From Xylographa opegraphella (taxonomy: Eukaryota), in the NCBI GenBank assembly GCA_022813865.1, contig JALDZX010000014.1, positions 310,001 to 374,000 of the forward strand: DNA of 64,000 bases, in the 5' to 3' direction. The notes beneath the pieces were generated by a model that ran no database searches, was not told the DNA's origin, and worked only from the letters and a program-made list of their open reading frames with translations. Numbering within the stretch: the first letter of the stretch is position 1; the number at the start of each line of letters is the position of its first letter. The position numbers were made by a program, and so were the translations under genes. Below are positions 11,808-24,088 of this stretch, piece by piece.

Positions 11808-14800
11808 ATGGCGGCTGCAAACGGAACCAGCCTCGGCATTGACCCCAATGCTGGTGCGAAGAATACCTTGAAACTGGAGAACGTGAGTACTGATGCCAAC
11901 GATGGTAAGATTATATGCTGATGATAATTGTCTCTAGACTGAAAAGAGAGATAGTCTCATAGCTATTGAGAAAAAGTATCAAGCACAATGGCAGGAATCT
12001 GGAGTCTTCCAGTCAAATGCGCCAACGTTTACAGAAGAACCTCTTGGGGCCCTAAGCGCGGCGGATTTACGGAAAAAGCATCCTAAATACTTTGCCACCT
12101 TTGCATATCCATACATGAATGGTGCTGTACATGCGGGACATAGCTTTACGGCAAGTAAGGTCGAATTTGCTGCTGGATTTGCAAGAATGGAAGGAAAACG
12201 AGTTCTCTTCCCATTGGGGTTTCATTGTACAGGAATGCCCATCAAGGCTTGTGCAGACAAGCTCGTCGATAACGTGAAAAGGTTCGGGAAGAACTTCGAA
12301 CGATTTGACGAGGAGAAGGATGCAGCTGAAGCCGATGGTACACTGCCAGCGCCTACGCAGACAATTACTAAAGACGATGTAACCAAATTTAGTTCTAAGA
12401 AAAGCAAAGCGAATGCTAAGAGCGTTAAAATGAAATACCAATTTCAAATCATGCTTGCTCTAGGGATTCCGAGAGAAGAGATTCACAAATTTGCAGATGC
12501 TGAGCATTGGCTTGAGTACTTTCCTGGCCTTTGCAAAGAAGACATGAACAGCTTTGGTGCTCGAATTGATTGGAGGCGGTCATTCGTTACGACCGACGCT
12601 AATCTATATTACGACGCATTCATACGTTGGCAAATGAACCGTCTGAGAGAATTGGACAAAATTCAGTATGGTATTCGTTACACTGTTTACTCTCCAAAAG
12701 ACGGTCAGCCATGTATGGATCACGATCGGACAGAAGGCGAAGGCGTGACACCACAAGACTACACTGCACTGAAGCTAAGAGTAAAGGAATGGGCACCGCA
12801 GGCTGTCGAGCTCATTAAAGGCAAAGTTCCAGACTCCGCGAATGTGTACTTTGTACCAGCGACACTACGCCCAGAAACCATGTACGGCCAAACATGTTGC
12901 TTTGTTGGTCCCAAAATAAAGTATGGGATCTTCAAAGTCGCAGAGAATGAATACTATGTCGTAACCAAACGAGCAGCTTGGAATATGGCATTTCAAGGCA
13001 CCTTCTTTGCGAGTGATCATTTTCCGCGCTCTGAAAATGAACTCCCAGCTGTCGTTGAATTCACTGGATCATCAGTTGTGGGTACTCTTGTCGAGGCTCC
13101 GCTTTCTATCCATAAAGATGGCGTTCGTATCCTCCCCATGGATTCGGTCTTAGCGACGAAGGGTACTGGAGTCGTTACATCTGTCCCTTCTGACAGTCCG
13201 GATGATTATGCAACGGTGAAAGATCTGGCCAAGAAAGCTGACTATTATGGCATCAAGAAAGAGTGGGCAGAATTAGAAATACCGCCCATTATTGAAACGC
13301 CATCTTACGGAAATCTTACCGCGAAATACCTTGTTGAATCAATGAAGATCAATTCTCCCAAGGACGCAAAGCAATTAGCAGAGGCAAAGGATCTGGCATA
13401 TAAGGAAGGATACTACAAAGGAAAAATGCTGATTGGTGAATTCAAAGGCGAATCGGTTGAGGCCGCCAAACCGAAGGTCAGGGACGCTTTGATCAAAAGT
13501 GGACAAGCATTTGCATATGCAGAGCCAAACGGCCACGTAGTTTCTCGGAGTGGGGATGAATGTGTGGTTGCCTACCTCGGACAGTGGTTTCTAAATTACG
13601 GAGAGAACGATCGAGAATGGCGTCAAACGGCTCTTGACTACGTAAGTGACGGTATGGAGATGTACAATTCTGAAACAAGGAACGGATTCCAGAAGAACTT
13701 AGAATGGTTAAATCGTTGGGCTTGTGCCAGAACCTATGGCCTTGGATCGAAACTCCCGTGGGACCCAAAGTTCCTTGTTGAAGGTTTAAGCGATAGCACC
13801 GTTTATCCCTCATATTACACAATTTCGCATTTCTTACACGGCGACATATTCGGAAAGACACCTGGCAAATTTACCATCAAGCCGGAACAAATGATAGACG
13901 AGATCTGGGATTACATCTTTTGCAGAAGGGAGTTGAGCGAGGACCTGATTCAACAGAGCGGCATCAAAAAGTCTGAATTAGAGAGTATGCGTAGGGAATT
14001 CGAGTATTGGTATCCTTTAGATATGCGGGTTTCGGGTAAAGATCTCATTCCTAACCATTTGACCTTCTTCATTTATGTTCACTTGGCTCTATTTCCACGG
14101 GAGTACTGGCCGGTGTCGATACGGGCGAACGGATTCTTACTTCTCAATGGAGAAAAGATGAGCAAAAGCACAGGAAACTTCTTGACCTTGAGCGAAGCCG
14201 TGAAGAAATATGGTGCGGATGCAACGCGAATTGCGATGGCCGATGGTGGAGACGGTGTTGAGGATCCAAATTTCGAAGAGGCCGTTGCGAACAGCAGCAT
14301 ACTGAGGCTATTCACACTCAAGGAGTGGATAGAGGACGTTGCAAAGGATGACTCTCTACGCAAGGGTCCCACAGACAGCTTTTGGGACAAGCTTTTCGAG
14401 AACGAGATGAATGGCTTGGTACATGAAGCGAAGCAGCATTATGGAGTGTAGGTCCCCGGCTGGACATATGTAAATGATCTGCTGATTGTTTGATAGGACT
14501 GATTATAAGGCCGCTCTCAAGTCGGCATTGTACGACTTCACCGGCTGCCGAGACTTCTATCGAGAAGCAACCACCGCCGCGGGAGTTGGCATGCACCACA
14601 AACTCCTAGAGCGCTACATCGAGCTTCAAGCTCTCCTTCTCACCCCCATTGCACCCCATTGGGCAGAATATATCTGGCAGGAAGTCCTAAAACACGTAAG
14701 AGCCACACAAATCCCTAAATTAAATCACACGCTGACTCCAAATCCCCAAAGTCCTCAACAATCCAAAACGCCCTCTGGCCCAGCGTCCCCCACCTCTCCG

Positions 14801-15348
14801 CCTCCCTCTCCGCGGCACGCGAGTACGTGCGCGCCACCAGCTCGGCCATCACGTCAGCGGAAGCCAACCAGCTGAAGAAGCAAGCCAAAGGCAAAACCAC
14901 CTCCTTCGACCCCAAGCGGCCTAAGAAGCTCACCATCTTCGCCGCCTCCGCGCACCCGGCCTGGCAGGACAAGTACATCGACCTCGTGCGCGACGCCTTC
15001 GCGCACACCCGCCTCGCCGACGACAAGGAGCTCATCCGCCGCGTAGCCAAGATGGGCGAGACCAAGAAGGCGATGCCCTTCGTGCAGGGCCTCAAGAAGC
15101 GCCTGCTGCAGGGCGGCGAGCCGCCCGCCGCCGTTTTCGAGCGCAAGCTGGCCTTCAGCGAGGTGGACACGTTGGCCGAGATGGTGCCTGGCCTGCGGCG
15201 GACGACAGGCTGTCGCGCGGTGCAGGTGGTGCTCATCGGGGCGGATGGGGTGGGCACGAGTCAAGGGGAGCGGGTGGGGACGTTGCCGCAGAGTGCGGAG
15301 CAGGCGGTGCCGGGCACGCCGAGCTTTTACTTTGAGAATGTGGAGTAG
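11808..15348 (+). CDS. CDC60: Cytosolic leucyl-tRNA synthetase
   Basis: YPYMNGAVHAGH (HIGH variant), TLRPET, GTGVVTSVPSDSPDD editing motif, KMSKS; introns 11883-11937, ~14447-14497, ~14696-14750. Confidence 0.97.
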
Positions 15349-15725
15349 AATATCTCGCCGCGGGTACACTGTCTAGGTGCGGCTTAGATGCTGCGTACGT
15401 GTCTATCTAGCCTTTTGTACAAAACACATGTGTCATGAGGATAGTATAAAACACGAGACCGACACCACAATCGAGCTTTCCGTACCAAGTGCAGCATGAG
15501 TGGATCTATGTTGCAAGTTTCTAGTTCTCGTACGCAATGCCATTTTGGAAAGCTCTATGCTACACGACATCCTGTAGTCCTAGCTAGCCATGATAGCCTA
15601 GACATTCAGAACGCTCCAGTATCAATCCACCCTGATAGACAGATGCAGAACACAGCCGATGTTTCACACGTCGCCAGAGCTCCACCTGCCCTCGGAGTTG
15701 TTCTCAATACCAACCTGGCCTCCAC

Positions 15726-16605
15726 TTACTTCTTCATCGAGCTGGCTCTCCTCTTGCGGAGTTCGCTGCGCTTCTCTTTCTCTTGGGCAACGCGCTTAGC
15801 AAGGATATTGGCGTATTCACTCTACAAGTTTCTGTTAGCAGGTGGTCGGATCAAGGAAATTTACAGCGGATCTTAGAAAACGTACAGCAGCATCCTTGAC
15901 GCGTTCGGACTGTCTGCGCTTGAGTGCAATACGACGACGCTTGTGCTGGAGACGCTGGGGGGTAACGAGACGCTGGATCTTGGGGGCCTTGGTGTATGGT
16001 TTCTTGCCCTCAGCCTTGGGCTGGACTTCGCGACGAATAACAAATTTGCGAACCTGTGATAAGAGGCGGTGTTAGCAATATCCAATATCTCTCTTACACT
16101 TCGGTTTCAATGCTAGGAAGAAGGGCGGCAATGGACGACAACAACGCACATCATCATCCTTAGTCAAGCCAAAAAACCTTCGAATCTTCGTCGCCCTCTT
16201 CGGCCCCAATCTCTTCGGCTCCATCTTGTCCGTCACGCCTGGAATCTCCCCGTCGCCCTTCTTCATGATGCTCAACGCCAAAACGCTCAAGTCCATCGCG
16301 ACAATGCATCCCCTCACACTCTTCCTCTTGCGCTCCCCGGTCCGGCGAGGCCGATAACAACTGTGCCCATCGGCCAACAGCAGCCTGACACGAGTCGGGT
16401 GCATGACTCCCTGCTTCATCGGGAAACCTTGCTTGTCGTTTCCGCCGGTGATACGGAAGACGTAGCCCTTGAACTCGTCGCCGACGCTGTCGCCGGGGAC
16501 TTCGGCGCCCATGCGGCGGTCCATGAAGACACGGAGTTTGCGCTCATCTTCGATTTCGATCAGCTTCTGCGAGCCGTTGGCGGGATAGGATATGTTGAGC
16601 TTCAT
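15726..16605 (-). CDS. RPS6: 40S ribosomal protein S6 (eS6)
   Basis: [23 protein letters not shown]...[13 protein letters not shown]...[11 protein letters not shown]...RRASSMKK; introns 16054-16149 and 15822-15885. Confidence 0.98.
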
Positions 16606-16749
16606 CTTGACGAGGTTAGGCGTGTCAAGATGGAAGCTGCGTAGGTCTTTTGTCGAACGGTGAGGTCTGGTTGTGCTAGTTGGAGGTTCGCGCAATTTGG
16701 ATGTGTGGGAGCTAAGCGAAAGACTAGTGATATGGCGCTAGTGTCCGTG

Positions 16750-16756
16750 TAGGGCT
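16750..16756 (-). promoter_or_regulatory. AGCCCTA motif upstream of RPS6
   Basis: TAGGGCT on + strand ~145 bp upstream of the RPS6 ATG; resembles the ribosomal-protein promoter motif of filamentous ascomycetes. Confidence 0.35.
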
Positions 16757-16896
16757 CGCTCTAATGGCCGCGTTTCTATTGTTGAACCTCACTAATTTAG
16801 GAATGACAATTACGAATAGAAACATACAACAGCCACGTAATGAGTTCTTTCAGGATTAAGATTGGTCCCCATCACTATGACCCTAATCTAAGAAGT

Positions 16897-19308
16897 TCAG
16901 AGCATACTCTCCATCCTTTCCACACCTGGAGCGTTCCTTAACGGGACCCTCGTGCCCACAAAGCCTCTTCGGTTTCGTCCTGTCCGCCCTCTTCCCAGCC
17001 AGTTCAGCTTCAGCTCCGTGGCTAGTTTTTCCATCTTCGTCTGCGCATCATCTCCGCTTTGCACACTGCCTAGTACACTTACGCACTGTAGCATTCTCCC
17101 AACCGTCTCCGTAATTTGTTCACTATCTGGAGGAGCCGTTACCTGTCTCCGAGCAGCCATGAGTGGAAGCGTGAACGACGGAAGTTCGGGCGCTGATGTA
17201 TTAGACGTCGCACGGCTCCGAGCACCCGACGCATCGTCGAGTAGTGTAGACCCTTGTGAATTAAAGGAGGCGAAACTTGGATCGGGGGCACCTGGAGTCA
17301 CGGGACATGGTGATCCCATCGGACCCGTAGGTTCTAGAGAGAGACCAATGTTGATACTTTCGAGGCTAAGACGTGAGAAGGTTGCTTTCAGAGCGTCATG
17401 ACGAGGTAATATGACGTTGTCGCGATAAGAAAGAAGTACAATTCTCCGTACATCGAGCTCGTTCTCGAACGCTTCTGTAGGATCCGGCGTGAAACCCCAG
17501 AACTCCGCCGCTTCTCTGGAGGTCATTATTGTGCCGTAACCCTTGAACTCGAGATCGAGCGGAAGGAACACAGCCTGTATATATGGTAGTATAGTTCCGA
17601 AGACGAATATCCACATATCTACCAGATGCGGTACCAGTCGTTCGTCAGGTACGCCTCGAAGCGTCTGTTCTAGGGACAGAAAGCCCGTTTGCAACAAATC
17701 TCGGAGGTCCTCAGTAATGACCATTGGAGCTCTTTTCACTACGCAGCGCTGAATATGAACCGAGACCAGACGGTTAAGGTCTTCTATCGGCATTCGTAGT
17801 TCTTCACCTTCAAAGATTATGAGCAGTTTTGCCTTCAGGAAGTCCCAAGCATCTTCCGGCGTCATATTTGATAAACCGAATCCTTGCAAGTTGCCATAAG
17901 CAAGATCTCCACCGCTAGAAGTCACAGCTGTTCCAAAAGATGGTACATTAGATGTGGTGGATGGCCCAAGGAAAGAATGTCCAGTCGACCCCAAACTCGT
18001 AGAAAGTTGTTGGCTCGACTTATCCATGTCGGACCTCTTGCTCTCAAAGAGTGGCATTGCCGCTCTCTCCTCCTTCTTTCTCTCTCGTAGAGCACGGCCG
18101 CCATGGCGTAAATCTAGTCCGCTCATAGACTTGGCAAAAGAAGTCGACGACGGACCAGGTGATGCTGGTGCAAATGAGTAAAGTGATTGCGGTGCATTGG
18201 GGTCTAATGGTCTTGAATTACTCGAAGCTGAGGATAATGCAATCGAATGGTCTTCTAATTTATCTTTCAATTTCAGCTTCTGACGTGATAGAAAATGATG
18301 CTTGTGCACTTTTTCCTTGTCGTCGGGCTTTTGCCTTTCTCCAGGGACAAGAGTCGAGCTCGAGGCATTATTAGTGCTATACATCGAAGAGGCACTCGAT
18401 TTGGGCGGATCAGCCAGACTCGTGGTAGACATGTTATTGTTTTTCAACAAGACACTGGGACCTGGTGATACAACCTTGTTAGGAGATGGGAGAGCCTTAT
18501 CCTTCTTGTCAGAATCTCTGTATCCGCTTATTCCAATGTGTTTAGGCTTGGAAAACAATTTCATCTTAGCTCGCTCAGTCTTGGATCTGGGGTCCTTCTC
18601 TACTGGCGACGTGAACGTCGTAAGACCAGGAGACAATTGAGCGCTTCGAGGAAATGCCGCATTTGCAGCACTAGTAGCAGCAGTATGCCCCCCAATGAGC
18701 CCATTATGGTACTTCTTCTCCGGTCCATTCCCTCCATTTGAATTATTACCGGAGCTATAAGCAATTTGTAGCGGGGGTGGCTTCATTCGTCCACCATTGT
18801 TCTCTGGCGGCAGCTGAGGACTAGGCACTGTCTGCGATCTTCTCCTTATATGCTGGTTCAAAACCTGCTGTTGCATCGCAGCTTGGGCAGCAATCTGAGA
18901 CGCAGTCAAGCTTGCGATGGTGAAGGAGTCAGCTGGCGATGAGGAACGTAGTGAAGGCTCAAAGAATCCTTGGGAATGTTGTCTCTTGTGTACCATAGGG
19001 TTGAGTGGAGAGTTCTTCCTCGATGGCAGATCGCTTGCCGCATGAGCGATAGACGGCCGAGTGAATGTCTGAAGTGATACTGTGCTGGAATTTGAGCTTG
19101 AAGCTGAAAGCGCGCCTGGCCGGACGGGATTGAGTTGCTGCTGGTATGCAGCACGTTTGCCAGCGCCGCCAGACATAGCAGTAAGCTGAGAGGAGCTCGA
19201 GGAGTCGCTACCGGATGAGTTCGTTCGTTGAAGCTGTTGCCTTGGTTGCAGCTGAACAGAAGGTAACGTTGAAAATGCGCCTGGACGCCGGTAACTAGAA
19301 GAATCCAT
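16897..19308 (-). CDS. HbrB-domain protein (TORC2 subunit Bit61/PRR5-like)
   Basis: Ser-rich N-terminus; DAWDFLKAKLLIIFEGE..PIEDLNRLV..W.F.FGTILPYIQAVFLPL..SYRDNVIL..RMLQCVSVL. Confidence 0.85.
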   Translation of the reverse strand: MDSSSYRRPGAFSTLPSVQLQPRQQLQRTNSSGSDSSSSSQLTAMSGGAGKRAAYQQQLNPVRPGALSASSSNSSTVSLQTFTRPSIAHAASDLPSRKNSPLNPMVHKRQHSQGFFEPSLRSSSPADSFTIASLTASQIAAQAAMQQQVLNQHIRRRSQTVPSPQLPPENNGGRMKPPPLQIAYSSGNNSNGGNGPEKKYHNGLIGGHTAATSAANAAFPRSAQLSPGLTTFTSPVEKDPRSKTERAKMKLFSKPKHIGISGYRDSDKKDKALPSPNKVVSPGPSVLLKNNNMSTTSLADPPKSSASSMYSTNNASSSTLVPGERQKPDDKEKVHKHHFLSRQKLKLKDKLEDHSIALSSASSNSRPLDPNAPQSLYSFAPASPGPSSTSFAKSMSGLDLRHGGRALRERKKEERAAMPLFESKRSDMDKSSQQLSTSLGSTGHSFLGPSTTSNVPSFGTAVTSSGGDLAYGNLQGFGLSNMTPEDAWDFLKAKLLIIFEGEELRMPIEDLNRLVSVHIQRCVVKRAPMVITEDLRDLLQTGFLSLEQTLRGVPDERLVPHLVDMWIFVFGTILPYIQAVFLPLDLEFKGYGTIMTSREAAEFWGFTPDPTEAFENELDVRRIVLLSYRDNVILPRHDALKATFSRLSLESINIGLSLEPTGPMGSPCPVTPGAPDPSFASFNSQGSTLLDDASGARSRATSNTSAPELPSFTLPLMAARRQVTAPPDSEQITETVGRMLQCVSVLGSVQSGDDAQTKMEKLATELKLNWLGRGRTGRNRRGFVGTRVPLRNAPGVERMESML

Positions 19309-19574
19309 TGATTCACTTGGAACAAAGTGCTGAAGAACTTCTCAACATTTCCTCAACCGGCTTCAATCTAAGATCCAGCGGCCACAGAAATACATTTCTG
19401 ATAACAATCATTGTATAGTGGGGCGTCAGGCATAGAATACGAGGAAGTTGTCGTGCATCGCAGTCGTTGAAGCTCCGATACGACGGAGTCACGGAAAATC
19501 TCCCCCTCTGCCCCTCCCTTTTCTAGTCCGTAGACAACCAGTTTTCGAATCCGTTTCAATCGCCCTCTACAACC

Positions 19575-19877
19575 ATGGCATCACAACCTGACTCGGAGCA
19601 AACACCCTCTCTAACGGCTGACTACGCTTCACCTACAGAGAAACATAAATTTGAACACCCTTCGCCGGTTCTACCAGAGAAGTTCTCCGTAGAAGAGAAA
19701 ACCGCTTACCTTTCTGCTCTACGTTCTGCAGTGACGCACCTTCAAGAAGAGGTGAATACATTTCTCACAGCAAAAATGGAGGAGGATAAGGCCGTTGCTG
19801 TTCAAAAGACTGGAGTCATAGATGACAAGAAGGAAGAGGAGAATTATGGCGAGGATGTCGTGGAAGACGACATGTAA
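19575..19877 (+). CDS. GON7: EKC/KEOPS complex subunit Gon7
   Basis: 100 aa; LTADYASP...YLSALRSAVTHLQEEVNTFLTAKME...EEENYGE. Confidence 0.85.
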   Translation: MASQPDSEQTPSLTADYASPTEKHKFEHPSPVLPEKFSVEEKTAYLSALRSAVTHLQEEVNTFLTAKMEEDKAVAVQKTGVIDDKKEEENYGEDVVEDDM

Positions 19878-20176
19878 AGGTCGTGAAACACGGGAATCGG
19901 ATTTTACAACATCAGTCATTGCTTGGAGAAATAGGTTGGCTGGTTGATGACAACCTTGGGATCAGACGTATAAGCCTCAAAGGTTGCTTATTCTCGCTCG
20001 ACTCCATCGCTGTATCTATAGTTATACATCGAACTGTTGGGTATCAAAAAATCATACAGTTCTCACCTCCGCCACTCCCCTCCCCTCCCCCTTCAAGGAG
20101 CATTCAACGCATCTGCAGCCTCCGCAAGCAAATTTGCCAGCCAAAGACCACACAATTGGAGCTCTCAATTTCGGGT

Positions 20177-23100
20177 TCACCGGATGGCGCAGCCATAATG
20201 TACCACGGCATTACTTATTACGATCTTGTCAGTACTGGAACGATACAAATGGAGGAGAATAAGAACATACTTCGGCATGACCTTAATGGCACTCCCACCG
20301 AACCTCTTGTGGCAAACACCGCATACTCTCTCTTCTGTGATGACCACATGTCGATTTCGGCCAGCATTCCCTCCAGCCTTTCGATCACCTAGGTACAGCT
20401 TTGCCTCTTCTCCAATTTCCACAGTCTTGCGCAAACTAGCTACCATCCTCGTATCGTTGACTACCGTGTTTGCTGAGCGTATCCTAGCACGGAAGTACGA
20501 TTCCAGCTTCTGTATTGGCAAGACTTCGGGTATTAGAGCCAGTGTAGAGGATGCCGGCAGACGGGATCCATGTTTTGCGAGGATCTCTAGGGCAGGGCCC
20601 CATTGTGGTTCATATGGAGAAGGCGGAGACATGTACAGGGACAGTAATGAGTGATAGATAGATGGTGGACCATCGTCGTCGTTGGTTACGGATTTACGGC
20701 GTGATTTAGCTGGTGACGAAGTCGGGGAGGTCTCCGTAAGGTATATTTGATTGCAATAGCTAGAAGGCAACTGTCAGCTTGTGGAATTCAATGTAAACAC
20801 ACATGCAAACATACTTTTCGGCCTTTTCAGGATCCTTAAGCTTGAAAACATATATAAGCAATGCCTGGCGGTGTTCGCGCATTTGTCCGAGCACTATCGC
20901 TCGAGCCTCATAAAGATCAGGTACTATCGTAAAGTCAGCAGACAACTACGTAGATAGACTAGACTTCTGTATACCGTCACCAGGCAATTGCTGGATAACC
21001 TTCCAGGAATCATAGTGCTGACTAGTCCTCAAAAAGTTCAATAATTTCTCTTTGTACTCCGATTTCTTTACATGTCCAGCAGGATCTTGCGACTTTAGGC
21101 CAGCTAGATAATCGTCTATCAGTCGCTGGTGAAAATCTGGTGTTGTATCATTCAACTCTTCAATTATATGCTCGAGGTACTTTACGGCCAGCTTCTGGTC
21201 AATTTTTTGCAGGAAGTTCAAAACCCGCAACCGTGGAAGCGTCTCGGAATTTTCAGTATCCGCCAAGAAAATCTCCATTCCGAGTTCGGGATTTGCTCTA
21301 ATCGGCCATTCTGCGTATTCAAGAATGAGATCAATCAGCTCGGGAGGCAGATTCTGGAGGTAGGCTACGGTGCGCTGCGGCCCCTGCAAATAAGGGGGAG
21401 CTTTGCCATCCTCGGTTTCCAGTCCAAAGTTCTTGAGCAAGTCGAGCGCTTCTCGATGTAGGCGTTTGCCAAAGAAAAAGTCAACAAGGTCATTATAACG
21501 TCCTGTTTGTAGTAACTTCTCGTTGACCACACTGGCATCACAGAAGTTAGGAAGCCGGAATAATGGTCCTGCCATTGAAGGCCGTACCAGCATGTAGGAA
21601 CGGAAAAGCGTAGTATCTACAAGCTTAGCCGTTTCTCGTAAACGTTGCTCGCGTCCCGGATCATGTCCTTTATGTGATGTGACAAGTAAATCTTCAATAC
21701 CTGTTCCTTTTGAACCAATACTGGCATCTGAGGCGACCTCTTTCAGAGTTCCGTCGGGGTTCAAAAACCGCTGGAGTTTGGTTCTGGCGCCAACAAGAAA
21801 GCCGGCCAGTTCGGATGTGGCAGTTTCCAAGTCTTTACCTTCTGTGACAGCGTGAGTATAGCATAGTCAATCAGAGGCGAAAAAAGTACCTAACTCATGC
21901 CGTGGAATGTCACTCATTGATGGTCTACCAGCGATGCTTGCGGTTTCGCTGGCTGCGAAAGTCGACGCCCTAGGGCTGTCTCGTTCCGTGATATTGTCAA
22001 CTGACTTGACAGACTCATGCATATGTACAGCGGATCTTTCTGCTTGCTCAGTAACCTCTTCCGTGTCAGCCTCAGTAGAAGGAACGGAAAGTTCGCCTGA
22101 TCCATTGCCCCGCTGGGTCTCCATACTTGCCTCATCACCACCTTCCTGACTACTTTCCAGCGGCGATGGATCACCAGCTATGATGGCTGGATAAAGCGAG
22201 ATGACCCGTTCAGGAGGCGCCGATACCTCAGTGAACAGATCTAACGAATCCCTGTACTTTTTCTGATCAAAAAGATCCTGCGCCTTAAGCATCTTGATTT
22301 CCCTAAGCCGTCCTTCTTTGTCCTTAATTAGTGCATCTTCGAGCATCCCAATCAAGCTAATCGCCTCATCTAACCTCCTTCGGCCGACAAGGGCGTCTAT
22401 CTGAGCATCATAACCCAGTGCATCCATGCGCCAGATGCAGCGCTCACTAGATACCAAAAAGCCTTTGCCAGCATGAGCTAGACTCACGTACGGTTGTGGG
22501 ACATGCAATTGATTGGCATTCGCTAAAGATATAGACTGAAGCATGGTAAGAGTCTCGGGATTTCGGACCTCGAGTGTTCCTTTAGTTGCTTGCAGTGCGA
22601 GGAGAAATGGATAAGAATATCCAATAGCTTCAGGAGCGACAGACCAAGGTATTTGGCGCCGTCCCAGTGAATTGCCATCAGAATCAATGAACAGCGAATT
22701 GATGTCCTTGGCTAGAAGTAGCTGACCCTCACTTAATCGCGTTGCAAGGGGCTTCGGGACCACCCCACCTATTCCCATATAGCCCATACTGGCAACGCCG
22801 ACTCCTCCAAAACGACCACCGTCCTGCCCAGGTGCTCCACCAATGCTACCCGGTCCAACAATATCAGTTATGGCAGCAGTCTCGACGTCGACCAGAACGT
22901 AGCTGGAGCTGAGCCCTACAACGAGCTTGGTACCTGTAGCCCATGTCAAAGTCTTGATCCCTGTGACAAGTGTGAGCTCGGAGGTTGTGGAAGAAAGCTC
23001 CGAGTCGTGCCATGACCACAGTAGAAGCCGCCTCTTCACCGCTACCGCAAGCCGAGATACTATTGACGGGACGCCAGTAGCGACGTCTTTGACAACATTT

Positions 23101-23552
23101 GAGGTGACTGCAAAAGTACTGGCCCCTTTTGTCTTCTGGAGCGTCTCCAGGAGCTCGTATGTTTGCAGATCATGGGTCGAAACGTAGCCATTGGAGAGAG
23201 ACACCAGGATGTTGACTTCTTTTATGATGGCAAGCTGCTCGATCTTGTATTTGGAGAATTTCTCCTGCTCGCGAAGCAGCTCCACCGGTTTCGAAGTACC
23301 TGAAGAGGGTTTGGGTTCGCTGCTGCTTGCAGCTGAACCGGAATCGCCAATCGACTCGAGGACTCGATATATCCGGAGACTACCTGTATTCAGGCCTACA
23401 AGAAGGCGATCGCCTACATAATTGTATTGTTAGTTGAGGCTCGGGATACGGTTCCAGAAGGGGCTTTGACCATATGCAAGCAGTGCTTCGATCTTCGACT
23501 TGTCCCTCTGTTTAAGCTCCACAATCGAGCGCGCCGTGAAGGCGGAGAGCAT
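20177..23552 (-). CDS. VAM6: HOPS subunit Vam6/Vps39
   Basis: MLSAFTARSIVELK start; CNH domain; VDTTLFRSYM..LFRLPNFC; C-terminal CGVCHKRFG..VVHYGC; several introns. Confidence 0.93.
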
Positions 23553-24088
23553 TGCTCAAGCGTCAAATGTAAATTGACCCTCTATTTGGCAAAATAGCCT
23601 CCATAGCTGCACAACAATAGCTTCGGTATCAGCACTGGTATGATAGGGAGTATTACTAGGCAAACCGGCGTTGTGAGGCCTTCACCGGGTAGCTTCTAAG
23701 GTATCCTAAGTTATTATCGTGAATGCTTCGTATAAACTGGGTCCCCAAGGGGTGGCGAAAGACCGGCACATTACCCACATAGCCTTTTTAGATCCAGAGA
23801 AATCGGAATTCATCATTCAATCGAAACATTTGAAGAGAATGGACGGTCCGGAGCACTCATGCTGAGTGAATTATCTTGAGGCAATCAACGAGAAGATCAC
23901 CTTATCCGCAACATCAGCACAAAGCATATGAGAATTTCCATTAAATCTTCTGTGGTTACTTAGTGCTAGTGTCGAGGGTGTATAGACTCGAATCAACGCA
24001 CGCATACTTCCTGACCCGGACCGCCTTTCCTCCTATGTACTTTCAACTTCTATGTACTCCAACAGGACGTACTCCAACCGACTTGCTA

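Noticed and set aside
14715..15369. Long antisense/overlapping ORFs over GC-rich exons (also at 39969-41872, 54450-55159, 58192-59505)
   Set aside because: Expected shadow ORFs of high-GC3 coding sequence; no independent protein features.
16897..16908. HbrB protein ends in -SML, a weak PTS1-like tripeptide
   Set aside because: Non-canonical, acidic residue immediately upstream, and inconsistent with a TORC2 subunit.
23751..23760. GGTGGCGAAA resembling the yeast Rpn4/PACE site upstream of VAM6
   Set aside because: Single imperfect match; the yeast motif is not established for filamentous ascomycetes.
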